This document shows, piece after piece, positions 58,966-64,000 of a DNA stretch of 64,000 bases. Under the pieces are notes generated by a model, which saw only the letters and a program-made list of their open reading frames with translations, ran no database searches and was not told the origin of the DNA. Position 1 is the stretch's first letter, and each line of letters opens with the position of its first letter. Made by a program: the position numbers and the translations under genes. Source of the DNA: the human T2T-CHM13v2.0 reference genome, Homo sapiens; the NCBI RefSeq assembly GCF_009914755.1, contig NC_060927.1. One strand, written 5' to 3'.

Positions 58966-59372
58966 GCATGCATTTGGGAAAAATCTATACCTTAGAGACT
59001 GTATCTAATTATTCAATCAAGTCATGCTGAATGAATATGTGAATATGTGCAAAGTATCTTTTTAAACTTAACCTGCTGTATGTGATATGATTCAGTTCAG
59101 TGTTCATTGAACATCTACTGTTGGAATACACTGTGTTATGTCCTGAAGCACTGGATTTTAGAGAAGGTAATGGAGTGTGTAAATTCAGGGTAAGGAAAAT
59201 CAAACACAAGGCAGCCTTTTAGATAATAAATATCACCCTCTGGAAAATGAACCAGCTCCTTCAGAACCAAGCATTCTAAAACTTTGGTATTTTTGATGGG
59301 CAAGCATATCGCAGTCATTTCTATCAGGTCTTGATTCTATAAATGAATTATAATGTTTTCAGTCAATATTGG

Positions 59373-59558
59373 CAGAGGCTTGGCAGGGATGCAAATTTTT
59401 TCTCTTACTATGTTCTCAGCTGACATCACTTGTGAATCCCAGCACTCTGTAGCACTGTGCCTAGACGTGGCCTCTGAGTTCACCTCAATCACATGCTCTA
59501 GGCAGTGCTTACCAACTGATCAGAGTTGATCCTTGAGGAACACCTGTCACAAACTCTG
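59373..59558. mobile_element. MER112-like hAT element
   Basis: gacatcact...gtggcctc...taccaactgatcagagttg. Confidence 0.5.
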
Positions 59559-60187
59559 GGTCTGAAAGGTGACCTTGATAAATCATTTCTCCTGCCGTTT
59601 GCACAAGATGAATCTCTCGATAACCTTTTTATGTGGACACTGGACTCTCAGGGTTTTGGAGTTTGGTAGGGAGAGGAGATTGCAGGTTTAAACCTTCAAC
59701 TGGGTCATCCTCCTTCACAGGACTGGCTCTCAAACCGAGTATTTTTCCTAGTCCTCAATAGACACGTCAGCACTCTCCTTCCCTGCTGGCTCTGGCAGAA
59801 AGAAAGGGAGAGACAGGGACAAAGGGCTGCCATGGATTCCAGGTGTCCCTTAATGCAGTCCAGCGTGGCCACTGCAGGGCTTCTCTGCTTGCCCGCAGGT
59901 ATCCTTTTGAGCGTTCAATTAAAAGGGACATTTGCTGACGTCCGTAGGTGGTGTGCATGGGTCCTGGCAGTTTCAACATGTTGGCTTCAAGCATTGATGT
60001 TTATAAGATTTGGGAGACTTTTTGTATTTGTTTCAATGCAAACATTAATGTTGACAAAACCTGAGCTGTTCTGTTTATTTAAAGCCTCAGAAATAACAGG
60101 ATCATATTCTTTAGCAACCTAGATAATATTTTGCAGAAGTTTTCCTGCAAAATGTTTCTAAAGTGACACTGAGAAAAGAAACTCATT

Positions 60188-60247
60188 TTCTTACTCTTTG
60201 AATCATGTTCTTACTCTTTGAATCATGTTCTTACTCTTACTCTTTGA
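60188..60247. repeat. 20-bp tandem repeat (ttcttactctttgaatcatg), about 3 copies
   Basis: Seen directly. Confidence 0.9.
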
Positions 60248-60349
60248 GAGACCTACTGTAAGCCCTGAATTTCAGTTTCCTCATTCATAAAAGAAGGTGA
60301 ATAAGACCTACTTAGAGGATTGTTGAAACAATAAAGGGAATGAGTGAAT

Positions 60350-61415
60350 TCTTTTATAGCTTTGGAGCAGGGGAAGGCCTTTTAACAATTACTTAAAATC
60401 CAGGGGCCACACAAAAAAGACTGATACATTTAAAATATTACTCAAAATTCAGAGGACATAAAGAAAAATGGAACCATTTAAATATATTTTAAAGATATGC
60501 AAATCAAATATGAAAGAAAAACCGAAAATAGCTGTGTCATAGCACAAAGAGCTCATCTCTTTCATATATAAAGAGCTCCAAGAAATTGAGAAGAAACAGG
60601 CCAAAAAGTTCATCAATAGAGAGTTTATAGAAAAAAATACAAAGACCCCTTATATATATATATATATATAAAGGCTCTATTTCACTCATCAGAGACAAAG
60701 CAAAGTGAAATTACACTGAAATAACATTTCTCACCTATCAGATTGGCAAAAACCCAAAAGTTTAACACACTCTGTTGGCAAGGTTGCAGAGAAATGGGCA
60801 CTCTGATACATTGCTGGTAGGAGTGCAAAATGGTACAACCCCTGCAGAGGGCAATTTGGCAATCTTTTTCGAAATTACAAATGCATTTACCCTTTGACCC
60901 AGCAATTCCACTTCTGGGAATTTATCCTACAGATTACACGTATATACATGAAATAATGAATGCATATTAATATGAGCCTTCATTAATAGCAAAAGATAGA
61001 CAATTCAACTGCTCATTAACAGGGTACTAATGAAATAAGCCATGATGTATGCACACCACAAAATATTATGCTGCTATAATGCAAAGAATGATGGTGCTTT
61101 CTGTATGCTGACGTGGAAAGATCTCTGGCATTTATGCTGAAAACAGGAGCAGACACTATACATAATGGGCTTCCTTTTAAGTAAGAAAGATGAGAAGTTG
61201 GTGGGAGAGAATATATTTGTATTTGCTATATTTTCAGAAAGAAATATTTTTAATATCCAAAAGAAGATAATAGAAATAGTATTCCTTACAGGACACAGAG
61301 CTGGAAATAAAATGGATGAGAATAGTGGGAACAATACTGTTTAATATCTCTCTTTTTATATTATTTTGACTTTTAACCATGTGAATTTATTACCTTTTAA
61401 AAAATAAAAATTTAG
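60350..61415 (+). mobile_element. L1ME 3' region
   Basis: cacctatcagattggcaaaa; ctttgacccagcaattccacttctgggaatttatcct. Confidence 0.85.
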
Positions 61416-61559
61416 GAAAAGAAAGAATTAAGTGAGTTCGTGAACATAAAATACTTAGCCAATGTTCCAGGTCCATCTAAGTGCTGATCATTTATAGAAA
61501 TTGAAAACATATCCCCAGGTTATTTAATTGGTCTCTGAAGAATTCTATGGCTTTTTCAC

Positions 61560-61778
61560 ATAGTGTAGCCTTCGGACTACTGGCATCAGAATGAATCTTC
61601 ATTTTTAAAAATACCCCAGAAAATCTTCATTTTTAATATGTATCTCAGATCAATACTTGGGTCCACCTCAATGCTTGCATGCATAATCAGAATCTCTGGT
61701 GCTAAGACCTAAGAATATAGATTTTTTTAAGTCTCTCCCAGTGATTCTTATGAGCCTCACAGTTTGAGAACCACTATG
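61560..61778. mobile_element. MER5A/B fragments
   Basis: aatcagaatctctgg...agtttgagaaccact. Confidence 0.6.
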
Positions 61779-61869
61779 GTCTATCTCAGGTACACTGTAG
61801 AGGGTTTTGGAGGTAGCAAGCATGTAGAAGGACATTTAGGCCATGATTTTGATACCGTAGCTAATCTGC

Positions 61870-63445
61870 TGAGTTCAAAATATACTTCTCTAGCCTTGTG
61901 CTCTAAACCTGCATATACAATTTCCTGTTGGTATGGTCACTTGACTGTGTAATAGGGATCTCAAATATAACACATCTAAAATCGAACTTAAACTAACTGG
62001 ATTGGAATTGATCCCCTGTTTACCCATTTATTCTCTTACCTGTTCTTTGTGTGGTCTTCTCCATCTCAGTCAATAACATCATAAACCATCCAGTTGCTCA
62101 AGCTAAAAGTTTAGACATCATTTTTTATTTTTGTATCTATCCTCTTCCTACATCTAATCCATCAGGAAGCCCTATCCTCTGCAGGGTTTGTACCATTGTG
62201 TAATGCATGAGAGTGAGCATTTCTCTACTGCTTTCTCAACAGAAATTGAAATTGAGTCTTTTTATTGGTTTATTTATTTATTTTTTTCCCTGTGGTCTAT
62301 TCAGTTGTGCAAGATAATGAAGTTCTGGAGACCTAATACACAACAATGTGACAGTAGTTAACAATATTGTACTATATACTTGAAGTTTGCTAAGAAGGTA
62401 GATCTTAAGTATTCTCAACACACATACACAAAAGGTAACTATGTGAAGTGGGAGATGTGTTAATTAGCTTGATTGTGGTGAAGATTTCACAACAGATACA
62501 CATATCAATTCATCAGTTGTATAACTTAAATATGTACAATTTTTAACTGTCAACTATACCTCAATAACTTTGGGGAAAAAATGTGAAAAGCAACAGGTAT
62601 TTGAATATTTGCTAAAGCCCTTTCCTCCTTAGAGAGCCCTGCCCATAGCAAACTGCTAAAAGGTGCCCCCTATACACCAACCTCTGCTTCTCTCTATCCC
62701 CACTACCCTGCCCTTGTGCAACCTCTTCCTCACTCACCTGGACATTAAAGTGTCAGTGGCCTCCCTGTTCTCCTGCTTCCATTCTTGCCTTCCTTACACT
62801 CTGTTCTTCATCAAATGATCTACTTCAAACATAAGTCCCCTCATGTCACTTTCCTGCTTACAACAGCTTCCCATTTCACTCAGGATAAGACCCTGAGTTT
62901 TCTTCGCTTTGACCTACGAAGCCTGGGTGATTTTCCCCTTACTACCATTGTTATTTCATTCTGTAGCACTCTTCTTGCTCTCTGTGTTCCAGTCACACTG
63001 CCCCTCTTTCTTTCTTTTGAGTGTGCACGATGCTCACCCCTCTTCAGGGCCTTTGTGTTTGCTGGGCCTTCTGTGTGGAATGTTCTTTCTACTGAGCCTC
63101 CCTGTGCTTATTTCTTTGTGTCACTCAGGACTCAGCTGAAATCTCCTCTCTTCAGAGAGTCCTTCCCTGACCACACCAATCCATAGTGCCCCTCTACCAC
63201 TGCCCCACTCCTGGAGGTCACACTATCATTTTTCCCTGTTTTGTTTTCTTTATAGCCCTCGTCATTAATCTAATATTATTTTCTGTATTTGTTTACCTCT
63301 TCATTGCCTTAATCACTCTCCAGGAATGTCAGCTCCGTGAGATGGGACTCTGCCTACTTTTTTTACTGTCTTTTCTCCAGACCTGAAGCTGTGTGTGGCA
63401 CCTTAGCAAGTGCTCAATAAATATTTGCTAAGGAAATCAATGACC
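61870..63445 (+). mobile_element. L2a interrupted by L1MA
   Basis: ccatccagttgctcaagc; ccttccctgaccac; gctcaataaatatttg. Confidence 0.75.
62301..62580 (+). mobile_element. L1MA (MA8-10 type) 3' end
   Basis: gttaattagcttgattgtggt. Confidence 0.85.
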
Positions 63446-63551
63446 TGCTTCTTATGACTCATGGCATTGCCTCCACTTCCTCTTCTTCAGACCAACTCAG
63501 ACGCATAGTCTTGGCTTCAGCTGCCATTGTTTATACCTGTTGCTTCACCAC

Positions 63552-63864
63552 TTTTTTTCAACTTCACTGATGTATAACTGCCAGTTAAAAATTGTATATA
63601 TTTAAATTATACAACTGGATGAATTGGTATGTGTATACATTGTGAAATATTCACCACAATCAAGCTAATTAACATATCCATCACCTCACATAGTTATATT
63701 GGTGTGTGTGTGTGTTGAGACCACTTAATATCTACCTTCTTAGCAAATTTCAAATATACAGTACAATATTGTTAACTATAGTGTCACGTTGTTGTACATC
63801 ACATCTCCAGAATCTCCAGAGCTTTATTATCTTGCATAACTGAAACTTTGTACCTCTTGACCAC
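63552..63864 (-). mobile_element. L1MA (MA8-10 type) 3' end
   Basis: accacaatcaagctaattaac. Confidence 0.85.
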
Positions 63865-64000
63865 TGATAACGGTTTGGCTCTGTGTCCCCACCCAAATCT
63901 CATCTTGAATTATATTTCCATAATTCCCACATGTTGTGGGAGGGACCCGGTGGGAGATAATTTGAATCATGGGGGTGGTTTCCCCCTTTACTGTTCTCAT
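63865..64000 (+). mobile_element. THE1 LTR 5' part (runs off the window)
   Basis: tgataacggtttggctctgtgtccccacccaaatctcatcttgaatt. Confidence 0.9.

Overview
Primate (probably human or other hominoid) AT-rich genomic DNA. No intact protein-coding gene, RNA gene or CRISPR array was found. Much of the window is interspersed repeat: 12 Alu/FLAM copies, old L1M fragments, HAL1, one young 5'-truncated L1PA2/3, L2, MIR, MaLR/ERV1/ERVL solo LTRs (several nested) and MER DNA transposons. Main result: the unique DNA from about 0.8 to 29.4 kb holds about 35 minus-strand exon-like segments with consensus splice sites. Many of them chain in phase into a protein with scattered stops and a few broken splice sites, which suggests a decayed multi-exon (unitary-type) pseudogene. 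By eye its peptides are collinear with large lipid transfer proteins (MTTP/vitellogenin/apoB family), possibly as two modules. Other points: a fossil DD41D-like Tc1/mariner transposase at about 31.85-32.3 kb, a 12-nt twin-priming inversion at the L1PA 5' end, an unusually similar inverted pair of L1MA 3' ends, a close inverted Alu pair, a CpG-retaining zone and candidate enhancers. Repeat subfamily names and protein homologies come from recalled consensus sequences and need database confirmation.
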